DNA from: Heteronotia binoei
Taxonomy: Eukaryota
NCBI RefSeq assembly: GCF_032191835.1
Contig: NC_083229.1
Span: forward strand, 35,960,001 to 36,024,000
Direction: 5' to 3'
DNA length: 64,000 nucleotides
Within the stretch, counting starts at the first letter, position 1, and every line of letters starts with the position of its first letter. Made by a program: the position numbers and the translations under genes. The notes under the pieces were generated by a model. That model saw only the letters and a list, made by a program, of their open reading frames with translations, was not told the origin of the DNA and made no database searches. Below are positions 48,141-60,859 of this stretch, piece after piece.

Positions 48141-51100
48141 CGGCAGCAGACCCGGCCTTCCTGGGGAGGGGAAGATATGACGGTGGGAATGGACGGAGAT
48201 ATGAGAGAAGGAGACAGAGACAAAACAGTGCTCGCCCCCCTTCTAGTCTACTTCCCATCCCAACGGTGACAAGTAGGGGGACCAAGAGAAATTGCCCGCG
48301 TCCGACACTGGTGTTATGCAACGCCAGGTCTATAAATAATAAGATCGAGACCATTAGGGACTTCCTGCTTCGGCAGGATGCAGACCTGGCTTGCGTGACC
48401 GAGACCTGGGTTCAAGAGGGAGAGACAACGGCACTCTCCCAGATGACTCCCCCAGGCTACTCGGTCTTCCACCAGTCGCGGATTAGCGGGCGGGGTGGCG
48501 GTATTCATACGGGAGGCTTACTCCTTCCGGGCCCTCCCGGCCCCAAAGATCGACGGTGTTGAATGTGTCGGCCTTGTGTTGGATGTCGGGGAGAGGTTGG
48601 CGATCTGGCTGGTGTACCGTCCGCCTAACGCACCGGCCAGCGCCTTACCATCCCTGATGGAGGCGGTGTCCGGCTGGGCGTTGGAGTACCCAGGGCTTCT
48701 GGTCCTGGGTGACTTCAATGTCCATGCCGATGACGCGGCTTCCATGCAGGCGATGGACCTAGTGTCTTCCATGGCGACACTGGGACTCTCCCAATTTGTT
48801 ACGACTCCCACGCATCAGGCTGGGCACACATTAGATCTGATCTTTGCGGCCGGGATTAAAGTGAACGAAATCGCAACGGAGGCGATACCATGGTCGGATC
48901 ACTTAGCCCTCAAGGCTCGTATGGAGACGCTACCACAACCCTGTAAGGGCGGAGAGCCTATTTTGGCTCGCCCGCGGAGCCTGATGGACCCGGAACGGTT
49001 CCAAACGGCTCTTCGGGATCCTTGGCCCCCTTGCGATTCCCTTGATGCCCTGGTTGATACCTGGCAAGACCGGCTATCTGGGGCAATCAACGAGATCGCA
49101 CCCCGACGTCCTCTGCGCCCTCGTTCAAGGCTGGCTCCCTGGTATACCCCGGAGCTACGCCGGCTGAAACAAGGACTCCGACGACTAGAGAGGCAGTGGC
49201 GGCGCACTCGTGGCGAAGCGGCGAGAACATCCTACAGAACGTTTATGAGGTCGTATGAGATGGCAGTCAAGGCCGCGAAGAAGAAGTACTTCGCGGCCAA
49301 GATTGCGTCTGCAAATTCGCGCCCGGCACAATTGTTTAAAATAATTGGACACTTAACTACACTGCCCCAGGGCAGACCAAACGTCAGAGAATTAGAAATA
49401 GGCTGTGAGGCTTTTGCGAAATTTTTTGCAGACAAAATCACGTCGCTCCGCCAGGACCTGCCCATCACCTTAGATACAGTACATGAGCCCGAGGCCCCAT
49501 GCCTGTCTTCTGATTTAACTCTGGATCATTTCGACCCGCTCAACCTGGAGGAAGTCGACGGAATTCTCTCCTCTGCGCGCCCTACAACTTGCGATCTGGA
49601 CCCATGCCCCTCCTGGCTAATTAAATCCTGCCAGAGGGAGCTTGAATGTCCTTTACGGGACATCATAAATAGATCCCTCTCGGAGGGGCGCTTTCCATCA
49701 TCCCTGAAAGAGGCTTTGGTCCGACCCCTCTTGAAAAAAAGTACAGCAGACCCGGCCGAATTGGCAAACTACCGACCGGTCTCTAATTTACCGTTTTTAG
49801 GTAAAATAATAGAGAGGGCAGTGGCGTCGCAGTTGCAGAGCTTTCTGGATGAAGCTTCCATCCTAGACCCTTGCCAGTCCGGCTTTCGCCCGGGTTATGG
49901 GACGGAGACAGTACTGGTCGCCCTGGTAGATGATCTCCAACGGCATCTGGATCGGGGCGGTGTGGCGGTGCTGATGTTGTTAGATCTGTCGGCCGCGTTC
50001 GACACGGTCGACCATCGGCTACTGACCCGCCGCCTCGCCGATATAGGGGTGAGGGGGTCTGCCTTACAATGGCTCTCCTCCTTCCTCGAGGATCGGGGAC
50101 AAAGGGTGGCAATTGGTGGTGAGCGGTCCCGGAGGCGCACACTGGATTGTGGAGTGCCTCAGGGGGCAGTTCTCTCACCAATGTTATTCAATATCTATAT
50201 GCGCCCTCTTGCCCAGATTGCCAGGAGATATGGACTTGGGTGCCATCAATATGCAGATGACACCCAACTCTATCTGCTGATGGACGGCCGGCCTGACTGC
50301 GTCCCTGAGAATTTAGACCGGGCCCTGCAGGATATGGCAACATGGTTGAGGGAGAGTGGGCTGAAACTGAATCCAGCGAAGACAGAAGTCCTTTGTCTGG
50401 GTCGGGGCGCCCGGGAAGGGGAAATACCTCTTCCGGTCTTCGACGGGGCGCCGCTGAAAGCGGCGCACCGGGTTAGGAGTCTGGGAGTCTTACTGGAGCC
50501 TTCATTATCAATGGAGGCCCAGATTGTAGCCACTGCCAAGTCAGCCTTTTTCCACTTGAGGCGGGCAAGGCAGTTGGCTCCCTTCCTAGAGCGCCAAGAT
50601 CTGGCAACGGTACTTCACGCAACGGTCACCTCGAGACTGGATTACTGTAATGCCCTCTACATGGGGCTGCCTCTGTACCGAACCCGGAAGCTGCAGCTGG
50701 TGCAGAACGCAGCGGCCAGACTGTTACTGGGGCTCCCTAAATGGGAGCATATACAGCCTGGGCTGCGCGAGCTGCACTGGCTGCCAGTTACATACCGGGT
50801 TCGTTACAAAGTGCTGGTCATCACCTTTAAAGCCCTATATGGTCGAGGACCTGTCTACCTTAGGGACCGTCTTTCCCCATACGAACCCCAGAGAGCACTG
50901 AGGTCAGCTGGAAAAAACTTGCTGACCACCCCCGGACCAAGAGAGGTGAAGCTGCAATGCACCCGTAATCGGGCCTTCTCCTCTGTAGCCCCGAACCTAT
51001 GGAACCAACTTCCAGAGGAAATGCGGGCCCTGCGGAACCTTGAACAATTCCGCAGGGCCTGCAAAACTTTCCTCTTTCGACTGGCTTTCGCTGATGAAGG

Positions 51101-51338
51101 AAGTGATTGCTGATGAAGGAAGTGACTGCTAAGGATTACCGCCATCATATAAAGAACAAACAGCACTAGCACTTTTATTACTAATTAATTAATCAATTTT
51201 AAACTTATTAGAATTTTAACGTTAAATGTAACTTTGTTGTTTTGTTGTTTTTGTATAATTGAATGATGTTGTCAGCCGCCCTGAGCCTGCTTCGGCGGGG
51301 AGGGCGGGATATAAATAAAATTACCTACCTACCTACCT
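48140..51338 (+). mobile_element. Young, near-intact L2 LINE ORF2 (APE endonuclease + RT) with one frameshift near 48495-48500
   Basis: ORF 48266-48562 (LCNARS, VTETW) plus an 872-aa ORF (GDFNVH, WSDH, YRPVSNLPF, LDLSAAFDTVDH, GVPQG, QYADD). CpG-rich; 3' stem-loop and (CCTA)n tail. Confidence 0.96.
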
Positions 51339-51339
51339 A

Positions 51340-52830
51340 CCAGGCAACTGTAGTGACCTGGACCTCCATAGAGAGTGAGGCATCCAGGACCACTCCCAGG
51401 CTTTTCAACGTCTGGGCCGCACAAGTGGTGTGCTGTCCAGGGCTGGAAGCCTAATACCCTGTGATGCTCTACCCCAGCTTAGGCACAGGACCTAAGGGTT
51501 AATATTCAGCTAATTTTGCTGCAACCACTCAGCCACAGCCCCCAAGGCCTCAACCAGATGGTCTGGGGTTGAACCTGGGCAACCATACATCAACAGACAG
51601 AGCTAGCTGTCATCCACATGCAGGTGATAACCAAGCCCAAACCTCCAGACTAACCGGGCAAGGGGGCACATATAGATGCTAAACATCACTGGCGAGAGAA
51701 CTGCCCCCTGCTGCACACCACATTCAAGTGAGTGCCTCAATGAGAGCTGTTTGCCAAGCACCACCCTCTGTCCCCAACCATGGAGAAAGGAGGAAAACCA
51801 CTGTAAGGCAAATCCCTGAGCTCCTATGTTGGTGAGGAGGTGGGTCATAAGATTGTAGTTGACCGTGTCAAACGCCACCATCAAATCTAAGAGCAACAGA
51901 AGCGCTGACCCACCTCAATCCAGATGCTCCGGAGAACATCTGTGAGGGCAGGATCCTGTCAACATCTTCCCGAGAGAGCTGGCAGAAGTGGTCCAAAATT
52001 GGACCTGAAGACGGACAAGTTCCCTTACTATAGTTCCAGTTCCCTTACTATAGTAACTATGGTTGGTAGGTCCTGGGGAAGAGATAGGATTCTATCTGTG
52101 AAATAGGTCACATAAGCCTCACAACCAATCTCCAGTTCCCTAGCATTTTGCTTGCCTGATGGCAATGTAATTAAAGATCAACTTGTTCTAAAAACCTGGG
52201 CCGGGTGCGACTTCGCAGATGCAATGGAGGCTGCATAGAACTCTTAGCAGACTTCATTGCATAGAACTTAGCATAGAACTCTTAGCAGACTTCATTGCCA
52301 TCTCATAGACTTTCATAAATGTTCTATAAGAAGCTCTTGCCTCTCCATCACGAGTACACTGCCACACTCACTCTAGTCGTCTCAGCTGCCAATTCATCCT
52401 CCACAGCTACAAGGTATACTATGGGACTACTTTGGTGCGGCAGCAGAGAGGACACTGGGGGACAATATCATTGATGGCTGTGGAGAGTCACAAATGTCAA
52501 TCTTCCACCATCACATCTAACAATCCACTAGAGGGCATTGGATCCTGCAGAGCTTCCTGAAGCCGATCAGGGTCCATTTGGCTCCATCGGCAAGCATAAA
52601 TACGCTTGCCACCTAAACAGGGAGGGTTTTGCATGTCCACTGGACCTTCAGGGCAAGATGGTCTAACCATAGGACTGCATCCGCAGCTACCAGATCCACA
52701 TGTATCCCCATTCCAAAGATCAAAACCAGCGTATGGCCCACCTGATGTGTAGGGGCCAACATAAACTGGGAGAGTCCCAGGGCCTCCATAGATGACACTA
52801 GATCCTGAGCTTGAGGATGCTACAGACACT
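51340..52830 (-). mobile_element. Old L2, 5' continuation (RT fragment 51340-51920; endonuclease fragment 52480-52830)
   Basis: SLGVVLDASLSMEVQVTTVA, LLDLMVAFDTV, GVQQGAVLSP, ALGLSQF..PTHQVGHTL. Confidence 0.75.
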
Positions 52831-53949
52831 CCTTTTATCCTTTTTCAGATTTTTTTAAAATTCCCCAACATATTTGTTTTATTTCATATTTTCCTGCAAA
52901 TCTGGGCCCCTTTTCAGATTTGTAGAAAGACCTGTCTTGCCCATTCACAGCTCCATCACAAGATCTAAGTATCCAAAGATTTAACAGACTTCACTATTAG
53001 AATATGATACCCAGGTCCCTGATCAGAGTTACCAATTTCACAGGGCATTTCAAAGTTAAAATACACACATGCAGGGCCAGAAAATGTGTAATGTATATGG
53101 GACCATTTTATAAAAAAAGGAAATCACAAGCCCAGCTATTGGAGGAGGAAAAAATCCTCACAAACAACACACAAACTAATCCATTAAAAATTCCCAGCAA
53201 CCAAACCATTTACAATTTAAGAAGGAATATTGCATGATGATCAAGGAAACCTATTGTTTTCCCTGTCAGTCCTTACATTAGAGTTTCTAAGTAATTCAGA
53301 ATTCTTGATAATAAATGATGTATCCAAACACTTGGAAATGCTGCTTACAACTGATGAGCTGTTTTCAATTCAAGCTGAGGGGACTTCACCCATCATTGGG
53401 GAGGAGGAATTGTTTAATTCTAGAGTCTGTAATATGTATCTTGGTGTCAGCACAAACTATTTTATTTGATAGATCCAAGTGGGCAGCCATGTTGGTCTGA
53501 AGCAATAGAAGCAATTAGTCTGCAGTTGGTCTGAAGCAATTAGGAAAAAAGGAATACATTAAAATATAGTTGAAGATGGGTTAGTATATGTAATACGATA
53601 AACAGCCAATATCCCTTATTTGAGAATGTCAATACAACCCCCCCCCCTCCAATATTCTGATACACTGTTCTAATGGCAAACTATAATGATGTTATAACCT
53701 CTTGAGCAACTATGCTTTCTATTTAAACCCAAACCTATTTAAAGCCAGAATGATACCCAGATTTATGGCACTTCAAACCTACAACATCAGTCTGCTTTTT
53801 ATCACCCTCTACTGTTGTTTCAGCCCAGTTCAACACTAACTAACACAGACCCCAATTTGTGATTCTTTTAATCTGCTAAAAACATTCCCATGACTCTACA
53901 TACCAACACACTGTCTACTTTCTCTATATTAAGAACTGCTTGCCATTCC

Positions 53950-54030
53950 ATTTTTGTGTCTGATGAGGTCTGCTTAGAGCATACGAAAGCTTACATTCTG
54001 AATAAAACTTAGTTGGTCTTAAAAGTAAAA
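53950..54030 (+). ncRNA. Minimal type I hammerhead-ribozyme motif within a Penelope terminus
   Basis: CTGATGA (53960-53966), stem II gtctgc/gcatac with one mismatch, GAAA (53985-53988), then palindromic AAGCTT and UA; stem I is weak. Confidence 0.4.
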
Positions 54031-54169
54031 CTTGTCTACTGCTTTTTTCTATGTTATTTGCTGATATTTTAAAATTTTCTTACAGAACAATGTAATAAAT
54101 ATCATGTAATAAATAAATAAATACATATTGGGTGCATTGGAAAGGGCAAACTTCACTTTATCAAACCTG

Positions 54170-57100
54170 ATAGTTCAAATTTAATTTGGTGAGATCAAAA
54201 TTTTTTACATGTCAGACCCAAAACAAACTCGTGCTAGGCCTGCTTCAATAGAGAAAATGCAAGTCCAGTTAGATGCAATGGAAGCTAGGATAATGAAGGG
54301 GGTGAAAGAAATGATAACTGCCTCTAAAAAAGAAATAAGAAAGGATATTTAGGACTTAAAGAAAAATTTTTTAAAAAAAGAAATAGAGAATCTCAGAAAT
54401 GACACTTTGGTAATAACAAAGAAAGTACAAGAAGTGGAAGAGAGATTGAAAACACATGACTCCACCTTGTTAAAATTACAAGAAAAAGTGACAATTCATT
54501 ACTGCAAACTGATGGAAACTCAGATCCGTCTGAGAGGTGTACCTGAAAATGAAGAATCACACCTGAAAGAATACATAATAAAAATAATTGCAGAATTTTT
54601 GGAGGAAGATCCTGAAGGGAATAGAAATATGTATGACTATATGTATAGAGTAAATTCACTCTATGCAAAAAAGAACAATCTGCCAAGAGATGTGGTCATA
54701 AGATTATGACAAAAGAAATGGTGGGAAAGATCATGGATACAAACTTTGAAAAGTCATTGACAGTGGGATGCAGTAGAGTAAGAATTATGAAACAACTGCC
54801 AAGACAAGTGCTAACTGACAGAAAGGCATATAAAAAATTGACAGAAAACCTACGTGACAATGGAATGAAGTACAGATGGATAATACCTGAAGGTTTGAGC
54901 TTTGAACTTCAAGGGAAAAAGATTACAATCACAAATACACAGGAACTGCGTAGATTTTATGAAGAAAATAAAGAATTTGCACAATGATGGATTATAAATT
55001 GATATCTTGGAATGTAAATGGACTAAATTCACCACAAAAAAGAAAGGTAACTTTTCAATGGATAAAAAAAATAAAATTGTAATATAATATGTTTACAAGA
55101 AGTGCATATTAGACAAAAGGATTATAAATTTCTATGGAATAAACAATTGGGTCTAGAATTTTTTACATTGGCTGAACAGAAGAAGAGAGGAGTAGTCTTT
55201 TATATTAAACAAGAATTAGACCCGAAATTGGTATTTAAAGTTAAAGATGGAAGACATATAGCGGTAGAAATTACTTTGAATGCCAAAAAAAGTTGTTGTT
55301 GGGACTTTATGCTCCAAATGGTGCTAAAGACATTTTCTTTAAAAATATTACATAACACCTTGATGAAGTGACCTATGAGCAAATTTTATTGATGGGGAAC
55401 TTTAACGGAACAATTCAGAACACGATAGATAGATAGATCTGGGAAGAAAAAAAATGATAAAGAAGGGAAATTGCCAAAGTCTTTTTTTGAATTGGTTAAA
55501 CAGGAGAGTTTGGAAGATATATGGAGGAAGTTTAATCCTGAAGTACAGGACTATACCTTCTTTTCAGGTAGACATAGCTCTTTCTCTAGAATTTACATGT
55601 TGTGGGGTACTAAAGATTTGGGACTTATAACAAAAAAAATAGAGATATTACTTATAATAGGAGCTGATCATAACCCAATAATGTGGATTACAAAACTGTT
55701 GGAAAAGTCAAGGAGATGGAGATTAAATGAAGATTTACTACAAAATAAAGAAATAGTGACATCTCTAGAAAATGAAACCAAAGCGTACATCCAAGTAAAT
55801 GACAGAGAGGATATAGAATTTCAGATGGTATGGGATGCCTACAAGGCAGTAATGAGAGGACTACTAATAACATTGAATAATAAAGACAAGAGAGAAAAAG
55901 ATAAACAGATGTTGGACATTCAAAATGAAATTAAGAAAAAAGAAGGTGAATTAAGGAAAAGGCCCGAAAAAAAAGAAAATTATAAGGGAAATTACAATAT
56001 TGCAAGCACAAATGAGCCATCTGTTAAATAAAGAATTGGAATGGAATTTGAAAAAATTAAAACAGAAATCTTTCGAAGGAGCGAATAAACCTGGAAAATA
56101 TTTGGCCTGGCAATTGAAGAAAAAGAGAGAAAGTAAAATTATTAATAAAATTGTGGCTGGTGGAAGACAGATAGTAGATCAAGAAGGAATAAAGAGAGAA
56201 TTTTTAAATATTCTGCTAAACTATTTAAAGGTGTTAAAGTAAAGAAGGAAAAGATGGAAGCGTATTTGCAGAAGATTAAAATAGCACCCTTAACTGATTA
56301 TATGGAAAAAGTTTTGAATGATCCAATTGAAAAAAACAGAAATTGAAGTAGCGATTAATGCAATGAAAATTGGAAAGACACCTGGACCAGATGTATTTAC
56401 GGCAAAAAAAATTTAAACGTTTAAAGAAGAATTAATACCGAAACTTCAAAAATTAATGAATGTGATAAGAATAAATGGGAAAATACCAAATACATGGAAG
56501 GAAGCAGTAATTTCGTTGATTCCAAAGGAAGATAGAGATGATACTAATGTAAAGAATTATAGACCAATCTCATTATTAAACAATGATTATAAGATATACA
56601 CAAGAATCTTAGCAGAACGGCTTAAACAATATCTAATAAACTTTATAAAGGAAGACCAAACGGGTTTTCTCCCTAAAAGGCAAATAAGAGACAATATTAG
56701 AACTGTTGTAAATATTGTAGAATACTATGAAAGACATCCAGAGAAGGAAGTTGCATTATTCTTTGCGGACACAGAGAAAGCTTTTGATAATTTGAATTGG
56801 GACTTTATGTTTGCAGTAATGGAGAAAATAAAGTTGGGGGGAAACTTTATAAGAATGATAAAAGCAATTTATACTGAACAATGTCAAGGTTATGTATAAA
56901 TGTAGATCTTGCAGAAGAAATGATAATCAGCAAAGGTACAAGGCAAGGTTGTCCGCTTTCACCATTGTTGTTTATAATGACTCTTGAAATCTTATTGCTG
57001 CAAATACAAGATGATGAAGAAATTGAAGGAACGAGAATTAAAGGATTTTCCTATAAATATAGAGCATTTGCAGATGATATAATGTTTATAAATGAAAATC

Positions 57101-59900
57101 CTATGCAAGTAACACCTTTGTTGCTAGCCAAAATACAAGATTTTGGAGAATTGGCTGGACTTTATGTTAATAAAGAAAAGTCAAAAATTTTGTGTAAAAA
57201 TATGCAAGTAAGTAAACAAAAGTAATTGCAGAGATTAACGGGATGTGAAGATACCCCTAAAGTAAAATATTTGGAAGTGGAAATAACAATGAAGAATATT
57301 GATCTGTTTAAAACAATTATGAAAAGTTATGGCGTAAAATGGACAAAGATATGATAAAATGCGTTTAAACAATTTATTGGTAGCATATGGTTACAAAACT
57401 TAACTATTTCTTTTTTTTTTTACATTGACCCATATGACATTTCCATCCCCCCTCCCTCCAATGTTGACTTCCCCGAGGTTATAAGTTCAAACCAATACTA
57501 AAGGCACTTCTAACTGCTCAAAGTTCAATGTATATATTCTTACAACTAAAAAATTGTCCAATGTTTCTTTACTTTCCAAGTTTTCTCCATATATCCTTTA
57601 AATTTTCTCCACTCCCTTTTGAATATCTCTAAATCATAGTCTCTTAGTGTTCTGGTTAATTTGTCCATTTCACACCACGATAAAACTTTCATGGTCCATT
57701 CCCATTTCTCTGGTATTTTTTCTTGCTTCCAAAGCTGCGCGTATAAAGTCCTGGCAGCTGATAACAGGTACCAAATTAGAGTCCTATCTTCTTTTGGAAA
57801 TTTTTCTAATTGTAATCCAAGTAAAAACGTCTCTGCAATTTTCTTAAAATCATAGCCCAAAATTTTGGAGATTTCTTGTTGTATCATCTTCCAGAATTCT
57901 TTCGCTTTTTCACATGTCCACCACATATGGAAGAAAGAACCTTCATGTTTTTTACATTTGCAACATCTATCCGACATTTTCTTACTTATCTTAGCCAATT
58001 TTTTCGGAGTCATATACCACCTATACATCATCTTAAAACAGTTCTCTTTGATACTTTGACAAGTTGATATCTTCACTGAGTTCTTCCAAAGGTGCTCCCA
58101 AGCTTCCATTTGTATTTCTCTGTTCACATTGATTGCCCATTTGACCATTTGAGACTTTACTACTTCTTCTTCTGTAGACCATTTCAATAATAACTTATAT
58201 ACTTTTGATATCAATTTTTCATTGTCACCTAGCAGGACCCTTTCCAGTTCTGTTTGTTCTCGTCTAATTCCCTCTGATTTTATATCATTTTCCAAAAGAT
58301 ATGATAAAATGGAACAAGCTTAATTTGTCATTGCTTGGTAGATTAGCTGCAATTAAGATGAACATTTTACCGAGAATAATGTATTTGTTTCAAACTATTC
58401 CAATTGTGAAAGACAGTAAACAATTTAATAAATGGCAAAGAAAGATTTCAGAATTTGTATGGGCCGGGGGAAAAAAACCAAGGATTAAAATGAAAGTGTT
58501 AACAGATGCTAAAGAAAGAGGAGGATTTCAACTACCAGATTTAAGATTATATCATGAAGCAGTTTGTCTAATGTGGATAAAAGATTGGGTGATGCTGTTG
58601 AATAAAAAACTTTTTAATGTTGGAAGGTCATGGAAATAAATTCAGCCGGCACGCTTATATGTACTATGGAAAGAAAAAGTTGGATGGGTTTTTTTCTCAC
58701 CATTATATAAGAAATAATCTACTAAATATTTGGATGAAGTACAAGAAATATGGCAATGAGAGAAAACCACTATGGATAGTGCCAGCGGAAGTAATAAGAA
58801 TAACAGCTGAGACAGGAGAGGAAAAAGGGATGTCATATAATCAATTACTAAAAATACAAAGCTGTAAAATAGAATTGAAAACTGCTGAAGAGTTGAATAA
58901 TAAATATGATTGGTTTCAAACGCAACAAATAAAAAGTTTGGTGGAAAGCGATGTTAAAACTGATGGAATAAGACAAGAACAAACAGAAATGGAAAAAGTT
59001 CTGCTTGGAGATAATGAAAAATTAATTTCAAAAATCTATAAGTTACTTTTAAAATGGTCTATGGAAGATGAAGTAATGAAATCTCAAATGATTAAGTGGG
59101 TAATTAATGTTAATAAATAAATACAGATGGACACATGGGAATATTTGTGGAAGAACTCTATGTCAGAGTATTAGAGAAAATTGTTTTAAGATGATGTACA
59201 GATGGTATATGACTCCAAAAAAGTTGGAAAAGATGAACAATAAGATGCCAGATAGATGTTGGAAATGTAAAAAACATGAAGGTTCTTTCTACCATCTGTG
59301 GTGGACTTGTGAAAGAGCGAAAAAGTATTGGCAGATGATTCAACAAGAGATTTCTAAGATCTTGGGATACGAATCTAACAACGTTGCAGAGACTTTTCTG
59401 TTGGGATTACAAATGGAAAAATTTCCAAAAGAAGATAGAACTTTAATCTGGTACTTGCTCTCAGCTGCTAGGACATTGTATGCGCAGTTGTGGAAGCAAG
59501 AAAAAATACCAGTGAAATGGGATTGGATTGTAAAAGTTATGACATGGACTGAAATAGACAAGTTAACAAGAACCTTAAGAGACTATGATTTAGAAGTATT
59601 TAAGATGGAATGGAAAAAGTTCAGAAGATACGTAGAAAAAGAGTGGAAAATAAAAGGACATTGGACAATTTTTGATAATGACTAAGTACAAGAGGGAGGA
59701 GGATATTAATTTTGGTTCTTATTAATTAAGGGTACCTTTAATATTAAGATTTTAAGTATATAACACCGGCAGGGGTCAAGTAACGGGGGGAGGGGTGGGT
59801 AGAAAGTAATATATGGGATAGATTAAAAAAAGTAATTATTAATGATGTAGAAAATTGAAATTTATTACCATATGTTACTAATAAAATTGTTTGAAACCAA
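54170..59900 (+). mobile_element. L1-clade LINE, ORF1 + ORF2, multiply frameshifted, antisense to RIMS2
   Basis: ORF1 from ATG 54209 (coiled coil, IRLRGVPE). ORF2: ISWNVNGLNSP, CLQEVH, NYRPISLLNNDYK, GTRQGCPLSPLLF, AFADD and a CWKC..H..WTC knuckle. Strongly A-rich. Confidence 0.95.
57362..58294 (-). mobile_element. 5'-truncated L1 of a sister subfamily inserted antisense into the host L1
   Basis: 17-bp TSD aaagatatgataaaatg at 57345-57361 and 58295-58311. The 249-aa minus ORF is paralogous to host 58950-59685, and the host ORF resumes across the TSD. Confidence 0.93.
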
Positions 59901-60859
59901 TAAATTTCAAGCTATCAAAATAAATGAAAAATATTAAGAAACAATATTAAAACATTAAGTGATAATACACTGCAAAACTGGAGTTATATAGCAATCAGTC
60001 TTCTACAAGGAGACGCTGCTTACATGGACGTGTTAGCAAGTACAGAGCATCATTATCTAGAATCAATTTCCATCTTTAACTTAATAGGCTGTTCATTCAT
60101 TGTGACTGAAGATCAGCTAGATGTTTATTGATTAATTTACACTTCCTTCTCTTCCCCACCCCCTTTCCCAGTCATTCGTAGTGATTTTTGCCACCAATAC
60201 TCGGAAAGCATTGATCTCAGAACTCGGCTTTCAGCAGAAGGTAACCAGCCAACAAATCAAACAGCTTTTAAGAAATAAGCAATTGTAAGATATCCTTTTA
60301 AAATTGGTATGAACTTTAGACATACTTTGTAAGGCAGATCCAGCTGTAAGCAAACTTCAAATACAAAACATCACCTCAAAATGTGTTTTTCAAATTACTG
60401 AGTTCCTTTGCTGGCTTTGAATTATTCAGGAAGCCATCTTTGCAGCTAAATGAAGATGGAAGAAAGCACTTTTTGCAGCTGCATTAACTTGTATTTCGCA
60501 TAAATAATAATGCCGGATTCAGTATAATACCTAGGCTTTTAACTCTGCCAGTGAGTGTCAGCTTGATCCCATCAAATGTGGGAAGCATGTCCTTCCTTGA
60601 AATCAGATAACTTTTATTAGGACCCATCAAGTAAAATCACTATGATAACTTTTGTTAGGACCCACCAAATGATACATAACAATGTTCAAGTATGGTGACC
60701 CAACCTGCCATGGAAACTTGGTCATGGTTTTTAGATATGAGGAAATAAAACATGATAGACATCAACTGTCTTTAGTTTAAAACCTTGGCCTTCCCAATCA
60801 GCCTCACCTCTAACTTGTTAAAATTGTTTTAATTTGTTTACTTTTAGTCATTTAACCAC

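Noticed and set aside
54120-54210. TSD and exact 5' end of the host L1
   Set aside because: No duplication matching the 3' flank was found, so the boundary is left approximate.
60025-60057. 33-nt phase-1 RIMS2 microexon (DNDALYLLTRP) with a good gtaagc donor
   Set aside because: The acceptor is preceded by purine-rich sequence with no pyrimidine tract.
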